Below, piece by piece: positions 47,691 through 58,019 of a DNA stretch of 64,000 nucleotides (positions are counted from its first letter, which is position 1; every line of letters starts with the position of its first letter). Made by a program: the position numbers and the translations under genes. The stretch is from a virus, in IMG/VR virus record IMGVR_UViG_3300031469_000005, positions 48,887 to 112,886 of that record; one strand, given 5' to 3'. Under the pieces are notes generated by a model. It did not search any database and had not been told where the DNA came from. It worked only from the letters and a program-made list of their open reading frames with translations.

Positions 47691-48494
47691 TTAAGTATTC
47701 TTGATCCAAGCATTGATATCGTCGTGTTCATACAACCAGATGTGATTTCTATGAATTTTATTTTTTTGATCACGAGTACGTCTGCTCACTTGTAATCCGG
47801 AAAATCCATCCTCTGAAACGCCTCCAGTAAAATCGTATCGTTTTACGAAATTTCCGTCAAGAGAATACGAACAAACAGGTTTTCGAATTGCCTTTAATTG
47901 TGCAATCTTGCATTTTTGAGGAATTCCCTGGCCAAGTAATTTTTTTGTTTGACTGACCTTTTTTCCCATCTCGGGGTCGCGTTTTTTCCCACGAAAAGGT
48001 GATGGCTTACCAAAATTAGGATTTCTCTCTCCCGATCGTGATTTACTCATTTGAACGATTGATTCTAGTTTGTGTTTTCTTCCAACCATTGAAAATCGAA
48101 ATTTATCCAAATTTTGAGGGTTTTCGATCTGGTATTTTTTAACTGATTCGCTGATTTGTTTTCTCACGGACGACGGAATTGTTTGATTGTTTCCACCCAA
48201 CATGATGTTATATCCCCAATTTTCATCCGTTGAATTTGCGTCACGTATTAATGAAATTTCAGCTTCATTTAAAATTCGTAAAAGTTCGTGTTTGTCATTT
48301 GATCTTACTGTATACAAAACGGAGAAATCAAAATTTTCAATTCCGTGCTTTTGCATTGAGTGACACAAATGACGATTATGTCCTCCTAGCCTTTTTATGT
48401 GTTCATGCCAACGTTGTTCGACAGAACGAGATGTTTGTCCGATGTAAACCTTGTCATTGACAAGATTTTTGATTTGATAAACATGACCTAACAT
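47691..48494 (-). CDS. GIY-YIG homing endonuclease with NUMOD3
   Basis: VYQIKN..NDKVYIGQT, RW.EH, E..LI, GYNI..GG, NPNFGK. Confidence 0.92.
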   Translation of the reverse strand: MLGHVYQIKNLVNDKVYIGQTSRSVEQRWHEHIKRLGGHNRHLCHSMQKHGIENFDFSVLYTVRSNDKHELLRILNEAEISLIRDANSTDENWGYNIMLGGNNQTIPSSVRKQISESVKKYQIENPQNLDKFRFSMVGRKHKLESIVQMSKSRSGERNPNFGKPSPFRGKKRDPEMGKKVSQTKKLLGQGIPQKCKIAQLKAIRKPVCSYSLDGNFVKRYDFTGGVSEDGFSGLQVSRRTRDQKNKIHRNHIWLYEHDDINAWIKNT

Positions 48495-51400
48495 TACTCA
48501 GCCGTGACGTTGTTTGTCACGACGAAATCCAGGGAGATGAATTCCATCGTGCGAGTGGGTTGAACGAATATCATACCCCTGATTACACCATTCAAAATAT
48601 CTTGTTGCGTCGTCGTGCTTGAATCGATCACGACCTTGAATGATTCAAGACCAGCAAGGGCTTGAACACGTTGCAATTTTGGGGTGACGGCAGATGAGAA
48701 CCTTGCCAATGTGACCTGGCGGTTCGGTTCGAACACCATCGTCCGAGCGATCGCTCTCACATCTCGACGTAGATCGATCAGCAACCTACGAACGTTAACC
48801 CGATCAAGGGCGGAAGCAGCAACCTGGAGAGTTTTCTGACCCCAGACCACAACACCACCCTTTGCATTCGTACCGGCACTTGCGTTGCCCGGGAATGCAA
48901 CGAGAGGATTAACGTCAACATCGTAAAGGGAATCCATGTTCTCCTTTGAAAGACCCACTCGAGCCTCTTGGACGGTTGGAAGGGCGCCTCGTGTGAACCC
49001 TGCCGCTGCGAACCATGGATGACCGACCGAGTCGTTGAGAGCGAACGCTCCAAGAACCGCGACGGAAGGAGGACAAACGACGTTCGTCTTCGTGGTTGGA
49101 TCTTGCATGACAACGTCCGGGAAGTACGCCGCTGCAAAGCTGGAATCCATCGAACGATTTGCGAATCGATCCACGGTCTTGCTGACGTCGGGCAGCTGAG
49201 AATCAGCTGTGACAATGTCGGAGTTCGTATCAAGCTGCTCGATGTCCATGATGTACATGGCATCTCGACGATCATCGCTTTCCATCGCTTCGACGGCGGA
49301 GTTAGAGATGATGGGGTGGCGAATTCCGGGAATTGCGAGAAGTTGAATGTCAACCTCAGTAGCATTCTTGATCAGATCAAGAGCCTTGAGGTACGTACGA
49401 ACGTTCGGTCCGTTCGACGTTCCACGGTTCGAGTTGTTCATGTCAGCGGTCACCGCAGTGTTATTTAATTCAGCCTCATCGCGATCGAATAGATTGGTAC
49501 CATTGAATCCACCCTGAATGAAGGTGGTGAATTTCAAAAAGCTTCGATTCGATTGATTGAAGTCTTCAAGTGCAAGTCTTCGAGTCTTTGTTGAATCACT
49601 CGTGACAATGTTTCCATCACGAACGTAGACAGCATCGTCCCATTCTTGAGCATCAGCAAGAAGGTTTGATCCGGTTACTACCTTGATGTTGTCAAGCGAG
49701 AAGGCACCGAGGTTGAAGCGATCAGCATCGAGGATACCGTTCGCAGTCGTATCAGATGTGCCTTCGTTTCCACCAGCAACAACGTTCTGAGTCGATGTCA
49801 TGAAATCGGGATAGTACTTCGCATGTGAAGCAAGAGCCTTATTCACGAGAGTTGAACCGTTCGGAGTTGTGGGTGAGGTTACATGCTCGAATTGAACGCC
49901 CCAGTAAAGGAGGGGATTCACTGCACGTTTCTGTCCGGTTCCCGTTGAAATGTTCTGACGGAATGGAACGGGTGGCGTGACAACGTTCTTCATCGGCGTT
50001 ACGCTGATCAATTGCGTTGAAACAACCGGTGAAAGTGGTGCCGAACCCGAGGTCACAAGGTGAGCATGTCCTCTGAAACCAAGAGGAAGTGCGGTTGCAT
50101 CAACTGTTTGATTGTCAACGTCGCTCGACATTTCAACTCGAATCAGGTTAGAATTCGCTGGGAATTGTCCCTGAATCGCAATCTTTTGCGATGCTTCCGA
50201 TTTATCAAAGTCAAAGTAAACGTTCGCATCGCCGATGATCTTTGCAATGTAACGATCCGAAGAAGGATTAAGATCGAGTCCGCGCCAGGCTTCTAAAGGC
50301 TTCAGATCCGTATCACGATCGAACCAATCACGAACAACCAGATCGAACGTACCGTAACGATTCGCAGGATCACTTGAAGGGGAGATGTTTTCGATCGACA
50401 ACTTGTAGCTCGTTGAAATTCCCGAACCATCATCCAAGGCATGAACCTTGAATAGGTTCGTTCGATTTCCACCGAAACGTTGCGAGGTGAACCACGGCGA
50501 AGCAGCATGACGGAAACGATCCTCAAAGTTCTCGAAGTTGGGAACCGTCGAAGAACCAACGTTACGAGCCAAAGAACCCGTCAGCAGGAATGCTGCAGAT
50601 TCAGTTCCCGACTTTTGATTCGTACTAGCACCCGAACCGCTCAACGTGCTGATGATACCTGAACCCGTGACAGTCGCCGTGGAAGGGTGAACGTCCCAGT
50701 ATGAATAAAGGTAATGACCAGCTTGTTGCAGGCTGTACGGGTCCTTGTTCAAAACGTTACCAAAGTAGTTCGGTGACGTCAGGTCGAATGAAGCGGTGAT
50801 CACGTTCGGATACGCAACGTTAGTTCCCTTGTGACCGTTCAACAAGAGGACGAAATCTTGCTTAGCAACACCGTTCGCAAGAAGCACAACCGAACCTTGC
50901 GCTGTACCTTGACCGCTCGTGTCACTTGCAATCGCAGTCGAGGTTGGAGCGACGCTCGTGCCTTCAAACGAAGACGATAGACGAAGAACCACGCCAGAAG
51001 CCGCCATCAACACTCCACGAAGAATCGGCAGCGCGGTGTTACCTGATTGCAAAGACGCCGAACTGAAAACACCTGAACCAGCGGATTCCGACATCAAGCA
51101 ACCTAGCATGTACGTACGTCCAGGAATGCCATTTGCATTCGCGTAGGGATTCGTAGCCAAGATACCGTCGGCATTGTTATCAGGTTGCTGTTCACCAACA
51201 ACGAACCCCGCGGAGGTTACTGAACCCGCAGTGTTGCCAGTTAGGTTACGCCTCTTACCATCACCAACGCCGAGAACCTTCACGAAGGTAGCAGCACCAG
51301 CGTTTCTGAGCCATTCAGTCACCGCCAGCGGACCGAATTTCTTGCCGTCGGTGTTACCGAACTTTGCGTAGAAATCATTGATTAGACCGACAGTTACGGG

Positions 51401-51538
51401 AACGAATGCGGGGCCTCGCGTCGATGTTCCAATGACACCAGCAGGAACACCCGTGGGGGTCGCATTGACCGCACCCGAAAGGTCGATCTCTCTAGCGGTA
51501 ACGCCCGCACTTCCAAATTTAACGTTAGCGTTTGACAA
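48494..51538 (-). CDS. contractile tail sheath protein (paralog 2)
   Basis: SAGV..REID, GT..RGPAFVP, PWFAAAGFTRG, NPL, WGQKTL, LDRVNVRRLL, FEPN, EFI. Confidence 0.93.
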   Translation of the reverse strand: MSNANVKFGSAGVTAREIDLSGAVNATPTGVPAGVIGTSTRGPAFVPVTVGLINDFYAKFGNTDGKKFGPLAVTEWLRNAGAATFVKVLGVGDGKRRNLTGNTAGSVTSAGFVVGEQQPDNNADGILATNPYANANGIPGRTYMLGCLMSESAGSGVFSSASLQSGNTALPILRGVLMAASGVVLRLSSSFEGTSVAPTSTAIASDTSGQGTAQGSVVLLANGVAKQDFVLLLNGHKGTNVAYPNVITASFDLTSPNYFGNVLNKDPYSLQQAGHYLYSYWDVHPSTATVTGSGIISTLSGSGASTNQKSGTESAAFLLTGSLARNVGSSTVPNFENFEDRFRHAASPWFTSQRFGGNRTNLFKVHALDDGSGISTSYKLSIENISPSSDPANRYGTFDLVVRDWFDRDTDLKPLEAWRGLDLNPSSDRYIAKIIGDANVYFDFDKSEASQKIAIQGQFPANSNLIRVEMSSDVDNQTVDATALPLGFRGHAHLVTSGSAPLSPVVSTQLISVTPMKNVVTPPVPFRQNISTGTGQKRAVNPLLYWGVQFEHVTSPTTPNGSTLVNKALASHAKYYPDFMTSTQNVVAGGNEGTSDTTANGILDADRFNLGAFSLDNIKVVTGSNLLADAQEWDDAVYVRDGNIVTSDSTKTRRLALEDFNQSNRSFLKFTTFIQGGFNGTNLFDRDEAELNNTAVTADMNNSNRGTSNGPNVRTYLKALDLIKNATEVDIQLLAIPGIRHPIISNSAVEAMESDDRRDAMYIMDIEQLDTNSDIVTADSQLPDVSKTVDRFANRSMDSSFAAAYFPDVVMQDPTTKTNVVCPPSVAVLGAFALNDSVGHPWFAAAGFTRGALPTVQEARVGLSKENMDSLYDVDVNPLVAFPGNASAGTNAKGGVVVWGQKTLQVAASALDRVNVRRLLIDLRRDVRAIARTMVFEPNRQVTLARFSSAVTPKLQRVQALAGLESFKVVIDSSTTTQQDILNGVIRGMIFVQPTRTMEFISLDFVVTNNVTAE

Positions 51539-51648
51539 TTTATATCTTCTCCGTGGGAAAAATTACCTAACTTAAGTATGAATTAGGTATGGCGACTTCA
51601 GGGGAAAATATCGTGAATGATTCTGATATCGTTCATAGATAATCACAT

Positions 51649-52419
51649 ATGATTCACGTTATTCGTTCGTACGTTAGAATTCTTCTTGAAAATTGGGAGA
51701 ATGAGGATGAATTGCCTGATTACAAGAAAGTAACTGGTAAGACTTCATGGGCAAATCTACATAATGCCGCTCATAGAATGAACGACGAGGTCGATCGAAT
51801 GATGATGTACGGCGGAGGCGTTTCAGAAGTTGATGCTGAGACTGCAAGAAAATTGCTAAACATGCATGGTGGTAACAGTCATCAACAAAAGCATGGAGAT
51901 GAAAAGATCATTGAACACGTTGACGCTGAAGACGGTGTTGGTAAAGCGCTTAAAAGATACATTGAATGGGAAACGAACAATTACCTTAAATGGAAAGCCA
52001 TGTTTGATAAGCGGCGCGAATTTCTCGATAATAAACTTGAAACGATGCGAAAGAAATGGGAAAACCCTCCGAACGAAAGTTATCGTGAATACGAATTGTT
52101 AGACATTGGATTCAATAATTTTTCTGAGGATCGAGAAGGTACGTTTCAGGACATTGTAGATTTTTACGAAAATCAATTTAATGAAGAAAATGAACCTCCG
52201 ACCGTTCATCGTAAAACGACAACGAACGACAACGAACGTAGGATCCTATCGTACACGACGGATTCACGAGGAGCTTGGACTGGAAACGGTGGAAGGATTC
52301 GTCCGAACAAAAGCATCACAATAGATGAATTACTCGCGAACGGTTATAAAATCCTTGGTGGTGTGGGCCGAATGATGGGGGCGCCAGGCGAAAGCGAAAT
52401 CACGTTTATTAAAATGTGA
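51649..52419 (+). CDS. hypothetical protein with IRSYVRILLE leader
   Basis: ORF track, TAGATA motif upstream. Confidence 0.65.
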   Translation: MIHVIRSYVRILLENWENEDELPDYKKVTGKTSWANLHNAAHRMNDEVDRMMMYGGGVSEVDAETARKLLNMHGGNSHQQKHGDEKIIEHVDAEDGVGKALKRYIEWETNNYLKWKAMFDKRREFLDNKLETMRKKWENPPNESYREYELLDIGFNNFSEDREGTFQDIVDFYENQFNEENEPPTVHRKTTTNDNERRILSYTTDSRGAWTGNGGRIRPNKSITIDELLANGYKILGGVGRMMGAPGESEITFIKM

Positions 52420-52762
52420 AGTTATTCACGTTCACGTATTTCCAAGCATGTCCACCTTTTGTGGATTTTGTGATTCCGCGAGCACAATTGATGATGCTCA
52501 TCTTGCTGATTTCATGACACGAGATGCCTCACTGATTGATTCAAATGTTGAGATGATTTGATCATTCTGTAATTGGTGGACCGGTATTTAACGCTGAATA
52601 AAGGTGCAATTTCCAGCGTTCGCTCATCAGAATTTTTGACTTACAATCAATTTGTTCTTGATTCATTTCGTTTAACGGAACAAGGTCAATGGTGTCTCGA
52701 GGGGTGAATCCCACATAAACCTTGCCATTGACCTTGTTCGTATGCTTGTAAACGATGTACAC
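52420..52762 (-). pseudogene. decayed GIY-YIG/NUMOD1 endonuclease
   Basis: YIVYKHTNKVNGKVYVGFT..RW..H, then frameshifted FESISEASR and ISKMSIINCARG..GGHAWKY. Middle of the gene is missing. Confidence 0.7.
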
Positions 52763-52793
52763 AGTTAATTGTACATCGTTTCGTCATTGAGAG

Positions 52794-55700
52794 TTAGACG
52801 AACTCGACACCGCTTTGAGTGACGATGAATGAGATCTCCACGAATTCTGCGACTCGAGTTGGAACCACAACGATTCGACCATTCATTCGATTCAGGTCAA
52901 GATCCGCTTTCGTATTATTACTCTCGTTACAAACGACCTGGAATCGTTCAATTCCTTGTTGAGCTTGAATGAGACCGAGTTGTAGAGTAACATCACCGAC
53001 AAACTTATTTCGAATGTTCGGAGTATTCTGTTCGAATGTTAGACCGTTAGCGATGTTGACAACGACTCGTTTTACCTCTAGAAGGGTTCTACGAACGTTG
53101 ACTCTGTCAAGACTGCTTTTCGCGATCTGCAGTGTTTTTTGACCGTAAATGACAAATCCTTGTCGAGGAAATGTTGCGATTGGATTAATTCTTGATTCAT
53201 AAAGCCTATCTCGTTCAGGTGATGATAACCTGACCTCAGCGTTTTTAACAAAATCCAATGCTGCGCGATTAAATCCTGCGGGCGCGAACCATGGATAAGA
53301 GATCCTGTCATTAAACCCTATCGCTCCGAGAGCGACGACCGAGCTCGGCACCTTCACTCGACGCTTGTTGAATTCGTCATCGATGAAGCAATCCGAATAG
53401 TAACAACCAGCGTAGTTGTTATCGATTGCACGTGAATCAAGGGCGGAGGCCGTCTTGTCAACATCCGGTGTGACCGTACCATCCTCAAACAAACGAACAG
53501 CGTTCTCATCGTACGACGGGATGTCCATGATGTAGAATGCGAACCCGTAATTCTTTGCACGTTGTGCGGCGAGATCGGTCAAGAATGGTTCACGAATTCC
53601 CGGCATTACGAGGAGGTTCGTGTTCATCGTTTGCTTGTCGGTCATGATCTTCAGTGCGGTATTGAAAGATACCACGCCGTTGTTCTGTTGACCGGTTCCA
53701 GCTGCGTTGACAAGCAATCCCGGCGAAACGTAGGATGAATTAGCACCACCACCCGTATCGAACGAAGTTGACTTATCGTTCAGCTTAGTAGCATCACGAT
53801 CGAGGAAGTTTGTTCCATCGTATCCACCTTGCATGAAGGTCACGAACTTGGAGAATCCAACGAATTTATTGAAGTTAGCAGGAGAATCCTTCGCAAGGAT
53901 CGTAGCAAGGGTGACTCGACGACCCAATACACCATCATCGATTCGGTAATCGGTTGAATCCGAGATACCGTTTCGTAGGTAAGCAACCTCCTTCATGTGA
54001 TCGTTGACGGATGCCGTCAACTGCGTGATGGAGGAGTTAGAGAATGCAACCCTTGAAAGTGAGAACTTGTTGTTGTTGAAAGTGTCGGCACCCGAGCCAG
54101 TGACAAGAACATCCAACTTCTCAATTCCCAGGAACTTTGTGTACGATGCTAGGAGCTCGTTCTTCTCAGAAACGATGTTCGCGTTCAGAGGATTCGTGTT
54201 CCTTTCGAACTTAACTCCCCAATACAATTGCTGGCTCGCAATCTCAGTCGGACCAGGTTGACCCGGCCAGAGAGGATTCGAAATTGTTCCCTTGGTTACC
54301 TTATACCTAAACGGTACGGGAGGAACGATCGAACCCGAGAGTACCTCTGCGACAGCTCCCTGCAACACTCCACCGATACGAGCCCCCGTTGACGTCGTGT
54401 CAGTCAATGTGTTGTTCGTCTTCAATGCATGCAGACCACGGAAACCAAAGGGAAGTGAATTCTGAGGAATCGTACCGTCATCGACGGCGGAATTCATCAC
54501 AATCCTGATTCGTTTGGAGACGTTATTGTATTTACCAAAAGTCACGATACGACGTTCGGTATCAACCGTGGCGTCAAAGTTGTAGGTGACATGGCGATCG
54601 CCGATCAACTTAGCAACGTAACTCTCATCGCTTGGATTCAAAGTGCAATTCGGAAACCGCTCAAGTACTTGTGGATTCACGTCGGTGTCGTTGTAATCAC
54701 GAACCTCGACAGTGAATGAACCGAATGGATTCGACTCATCAACCGATGCCTTGATGTTGCTGATCGCAATCTTGTAAAGTTGATTAGCGAATTCGCCATC
54801 GTCAAGCGCTTGGAAACTGAAAAGATCGTACTCAGCAGAACCGAAAGGTTGGGAGATGAACGACGTGGTCGAAGGCGTCTGGTAACGAGAATCGAATGCA
54901 CCGAACGCTTGACGCATTGTCGTGGTCGGTTCACCCGAATTCGCGGATGTTGCAGTCGTTCCTGATAGGACACCAACCGTCGTGGGGAATGCAATCTCGT
55001 CATCAACCGCAAAATCAGCAAGCAAGTAATGTTGATCCTGAACGAATCGATCTGGATCGCGGTTCATCACCTTGGCGAAGTAATCAACGTCGGAAGGATC
55101 GAACGAAGCAGTGAAGATCTTCACGCCCGAGGCTCCATCAACGTTTGAGAACGTATTTCCAAGCGTTGACGAGATGACGATCTTGATCTTGTCATTCACA
55201 ACGAGAGCGCTGTCATTCGGTCCCGCAGCAGTGAATGCACCGACCGCTGATTCATTACCATCAAGAACCATCAACCGTGAACCAGAAGCCATCATGACCA
55301 TACCACGAACAAGCGATACCGCTGATCCCTGGAATGAATCGTTATCTGTGAACATTGGCATTCCGAATGCTTCGTTCGCCTGCAACGTGTGACGTGCAAC
55401 TAAGAACTGTACAGCACCGTTATGACGACCGCGAGAATCGTGTGCAGCAACCGTACCTTCAATCTTGACACCAGCCGCGGCCGTTCGGCCTGTCAACGCA
55501 GTGGTAGAAATTTGTGCGTCAGTCTGATTAGCACCAGCCCCAAGAACACGAAGGTACGTCAGCGACGTTCGATGCTTGAGGAACTCATTGACCGCGTACG
55601 GACCCATCTTCTTTGGATCAAGATCCCCAAAGACTGCACGGAATTCGTCCATGCTTCCGATCGTCACGGGAACGAAGGCGGGACCGCGTTGAGCGGTACC

Positions 55701-55802
55701 AATGACGCCAGCGGGAGTGCCCACCGGATTCTGTGGGACGACCGTTGATCTGTCGATCTCACGATCGTATGCGTTTGGACTGCGAAAGGTTTCGTTTGAC
55801 AT
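52794..55802 (-). CDS. contractile tail sheath protein (paralog 1)
   Basis: SPNAYDREID, RGPAFVP, PWFAPAGFNR, INPI, YGQKTL, LDRVNVRR, FEQN. Confidence 0.93.
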   Translation of the reverse strand: MSNETFRSPNAYDREIDRSTVVPQNPVGTPAGVIGTAQRGPAFVPVTIGSMDEFRAVFGDLDPKKMGPYAVNEFLKHRTSLTYLRVLGAGANQTDAQISTTALTGRTAAAGVKIEGTVAAHDSRGRHNGAVQFLVARHTLQANEAFGMPMFTDNDSFQGSAVSLVRGMVMMASGSRLMVLDGNESAVGAFTAAGPNDSALVVNDKIKIVISSTLGNTFSNVDGASGVKIFTASFDPSDVDYFAKVMNRDPDRFVQDQHYLLADFAVDDEIAFPTTVGVLSGTTATSANSGEPTTTMRQAFGAFDSRYQTPSTTSFISQPFGSAEYDLFSFQALDDGEFANQLYKIAISNIKASVDESNPFGSFTVEVRDYNDTDVNPQVLERFPNCTLNPSDESYVAKLIGDRHVTYNFDATVDTERRIVTFGKYNNVSKRIRIVMNSAVDDGTIPQNSLPFGFRGLHALKTNNTLTDTTSTGARIGGVLQGAVAEVLSGSIVPPVPFRYKVTKGTISNPLWPGQPGPTEIASQQLYWGVKFERNTNPLNANIVSEKNELLASYTKFLGIEKLDVLVTGSGADTFNNNKFSLSRVAFSNSSITQLTASVNDHMKEVAYLRNGISDSTDYRIDDGVLGRRVTLATILAKDSPANFNKFVGFSKFVTFMQGGYDGTNFLDRDATKLNDKSTSFDTGGGANSSYVSPGLLVNAAGTGQQNNGVVSFNTALKIMTDKQTMNTNLLVMPGIREPFLTDLAAQRAKNYGFAFYIMDIPSYDENAVRLFEDGTVTPDVDKTASALDSRAIDNNYAGCYYSDCFIDDEFNKRRVKVPSSVVALGAIGFNDRISYPWFAPAGFNRAALDFVKNAEVRLSSPERDRLYESRINPIATFPRQGFVIYGQKTLQIAKSSLDRVNVRRTLLEVKRVVVNIANGLTFEQNTPNIRNKFVGDVTLQLGLIQAQQGIERFQVVCNESNNTKADLDLNRMNGRIVVVPTRVAEFVEISFIVTQSGVEFV

Positions 55803-55917
55803 TACAATGAATTCTCCATATGGACTATTGCGACTGAGCGAAAGTCCTTTGCTTCCAATAAATAGGTTATTGAAAGTCAGAAGTAAAAATCAACGTCAAA
55901 CGAGTGTCAAGAATGAA

Positions 55918-57186
55918 TCAATCTTCGATCGTCGTTATCGCAACACCATCAATTTCAGAAATGCTTGAATAGATTGTTTCTCCCGTCGCAGCATTCTGGT
56001 TCTTGATCTTTAGGTACCTCTTCGTTTTCTTACCATTTGAATCAACGCCCGTGAACGTTCGGTACCGTGTTGCGATCCTCTGTCGAGATTGCTTGATCGC
56101 GGGATCGTTTTCCCCCGTCTTGTAAAGCAACGTATCGTTCGTCTCCCTTTGATCGCGACGTTTCGATGCCTTCAACGATGACGGTATGGTTGGATCGTCG
56201 GCACCCAAGAAAACATCTTCGCCAGCAACTGCGTCGGGATCGTTGAAGGACGATATCGAGAACGAGATCGAAGGATTGCTGACGTACCGGCGAACCGCGA
56301 TCGGTTGACCGGGAGATTCCCCCGCAAGGATGTAGCTTGGAACCGTGATGTTGAACGTGTACTTGATCGTCCTTTCATCGTTCGCCATGTTATCGAAGTT
56401 GTTTTGGGGAGAATACGAATTCCCATCAACGGTTGCAATGACCCAATAACCCTTGTTCGAATCAATGCGCCAGGAATTTCCCTGTGGTAGGAACGAGGAG
56501 ATGATTGACGTGATGATCTCGTTCATTTGAGTGATGTACTGACACCACACAATGACCTCGTACGTTGCCGTGTAGAATTGTGGTTGAGGAAGTACGATCG
56601 TTTCCCATACCTCGTTTCCAAGATCAGGTAACAACAACCCGTTTTGTCTCACGGTTGGATCTTCCTTCATGTCACCGATTTCCGATGATGTTGAGATCTG
56701 ATCATCAAGCAATTCGTCATCATTGTTCAAAGCGACGTTCGATTGATTCTTCACGAGAAGACGATTGATCAAGCTTTGATGCGAACGATTTCGCCCGTTC
56801 AGACGACGCTTGATCTGCATCGATCCAGTGTTCTGGTTCATGCCCCTGCCGGTGACGTCGTTCTGAACGTTCTGTTCAATGCTTGTACGACCCATCACGA
56901 TTGCGGGGATGATCAGCGTTCCGTTCTTGTCACGAGGTGTAGCTTTACGTAGCAACGCCCACTTCTCACCAGATGTGAATATGACGGGAACACGTCTCAC
57001 GCCTTCACGTGTGTTGACCATCAACGGAAGCTCAGAATTGAAGAATTCAAACAACGCGCGGTCAGTGTCCTCTATTCCGAATGACGGAACGTGAAGATCG
57101 CCTGATGAGGAACTACCTTCGAATCCTGTTTCTAAAGGGGGAACTCCGAAACGTTGTTGCGATCGAGGATTGTAACGGGTAGGCAC
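55918..57186 (-). CDS. tail terminator/completion-like protein (T4 gp15-like)
   Basis: VPVIF..GEKW, P..Y..TYE..VW..Y..QMN.I, R..KY.F. GTG 57186 is 5 nt after TACTTA. Gene context supports the call. Confidence 0.6.
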   Translation of the reverse strand: MPTRYNPRSQQRFGVPPLETGFEGSSSSGDLHVPSFGIEDTDRALFEFFNSELPLMVNTREGVRRVPVIFTSGEKWALLRKATPRDKNGTLIIPAIVMGRTSIEQNVQNDVTGRGMNQNTGSMQIKRRLNGRNRSHQSLINRLLVKNQSNVALNNDDELLDDQISTSSEIGDMKEDPTVRQNGLLLPDLGNEVWETIVLPQPQFYTATYEVIVWCQYITQMNEIITSIISSFLPQGNSWRIDSNKGYWVIATVDGNSYSPQNNFDNMANDERTIKYTFNITVPSYILAGESPGQPIAVRRYVSNPSISFSISSFNDPDAVAGEDVFLGADDPTIPSSLKASKRRDQRETNDTLLYKTGENDPAIKQSRQRIATRYRTFTGVDSNGKKTKRYLKIKNQNAATGETIYSSISEIDGVAITTIED

Positions 57187-57199
57187 ATAGTTAAGTATG
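57186..57199. promoter_or_regulatory. overlapping divergent late-type motifs (TAGTTA on +, TACTTA on -)
   Basis: near-palindrome CATAGTTAAGTATG between divergent structural genes. Confidence 0.6.
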
Positions 57200-57236
57200 A
57201 TATGAATTTTCTTTACGAACTTGCGAGTGTGTTCTG

Positions 57237-57920
57237 ATGGCAAGGTTATTTCTGGGACCGAGAGAAATAGCGTTCGTGAACGATATTACCAAGGAACTTA
57301 TTTCCGACGTCAACGACCAAAATATTTTTCTGTATACAATTTCAGAAAAAATGACTCTCGCTCACGACGTTTACCATGAAAGTCAACACAAGGCATTCAA
57401 CAATCCCGTAAAACTTGCTTGTTTTGTTGACGCGATCCTACAGGAAGATACAAAGATCGATCAATTCGGTATTGATTCAACGTACAAGGTTGAATGCTAC
57501 GTTCAGTACAAGGATCTCGTTGATCGCGGCATCGAGATCAACGTTGGTGATTTCTTTTCTTTCAGCGACATATTTTTCGAGATCACGCAAATGAAGGCGA
57601 TCAAGAACATATGGGGTCAAGCTGAACACAAGAACGGTTTAGTTTTCGTTGGAACGAAGGCTCGTGATGATCAATTCAAAGCATTGCTACACGGACCAAC
57701 CGATATCAAGTACACCGATGAGGACGCGGTTCAAAAGAAGTTCGTGCAGGAGCGCGGAGAGAGCGAGAATTCCGAAGGTCTCACGGGAGATACAAGAGAA
57801 TTGCGTGAAGTCCTCGGAAAACCGATCACTGGACCGAAAGAAGTTTCAGAACGAGGTGCCGTACTGGATGATTCTCACTACAAGTCTAGTTTTTACGGCG
57901 ATTCTGACGACGATCAGTAG
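57237..57920 (+). CDS. neck/head-closure-like protein (T4 gp14-like)
   Basis: KELI..V..Q, VYHES..K.F, FG, VGDF..F...FFEI, context. Confidence 0.55.
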   Translation: MARLFLGPREIAFVNDITKELISDVNDQNIFLYTISEKMTLAHDVYHESQHKAFNNPVKLACFVDAILQEDTKIDQFGIDSTYKVECYVQYKDLVDRGIEINVGDFFSFSDIFFEITQMKAIKNIWGQAEHKNGLVFVGTKARDDQFKALLHGPTDIKYTDEDAVQKKFVQERGESENSEGLTGDTRELREVLGKPITGPKEVSERGAVLDDSHYKSSFYGDSDDDQ

Positions 57921-58019
57921 TACACGTAACGCTTACAATTTTACAATTCAATTGAACCCTTTCCAATAAAAAGATACGTGTACATGTTCGCATGACAATG
58001 TCATCAGCATTAATCGTTT

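Noticed and set aside
47691-48494. group I intron or intein hosting the endonucleases
   Set aside because: The flanking genes are complete and uninterrupted, so the endonucleases look free-standing.
48494-57920. bacterial contractile injection system or prophage interpretation
   Set aside because: Head-neck genes, phage ligase and exonuclease, homing endonucleases and dense small ORFs with no host operons indicate a large phage genome.
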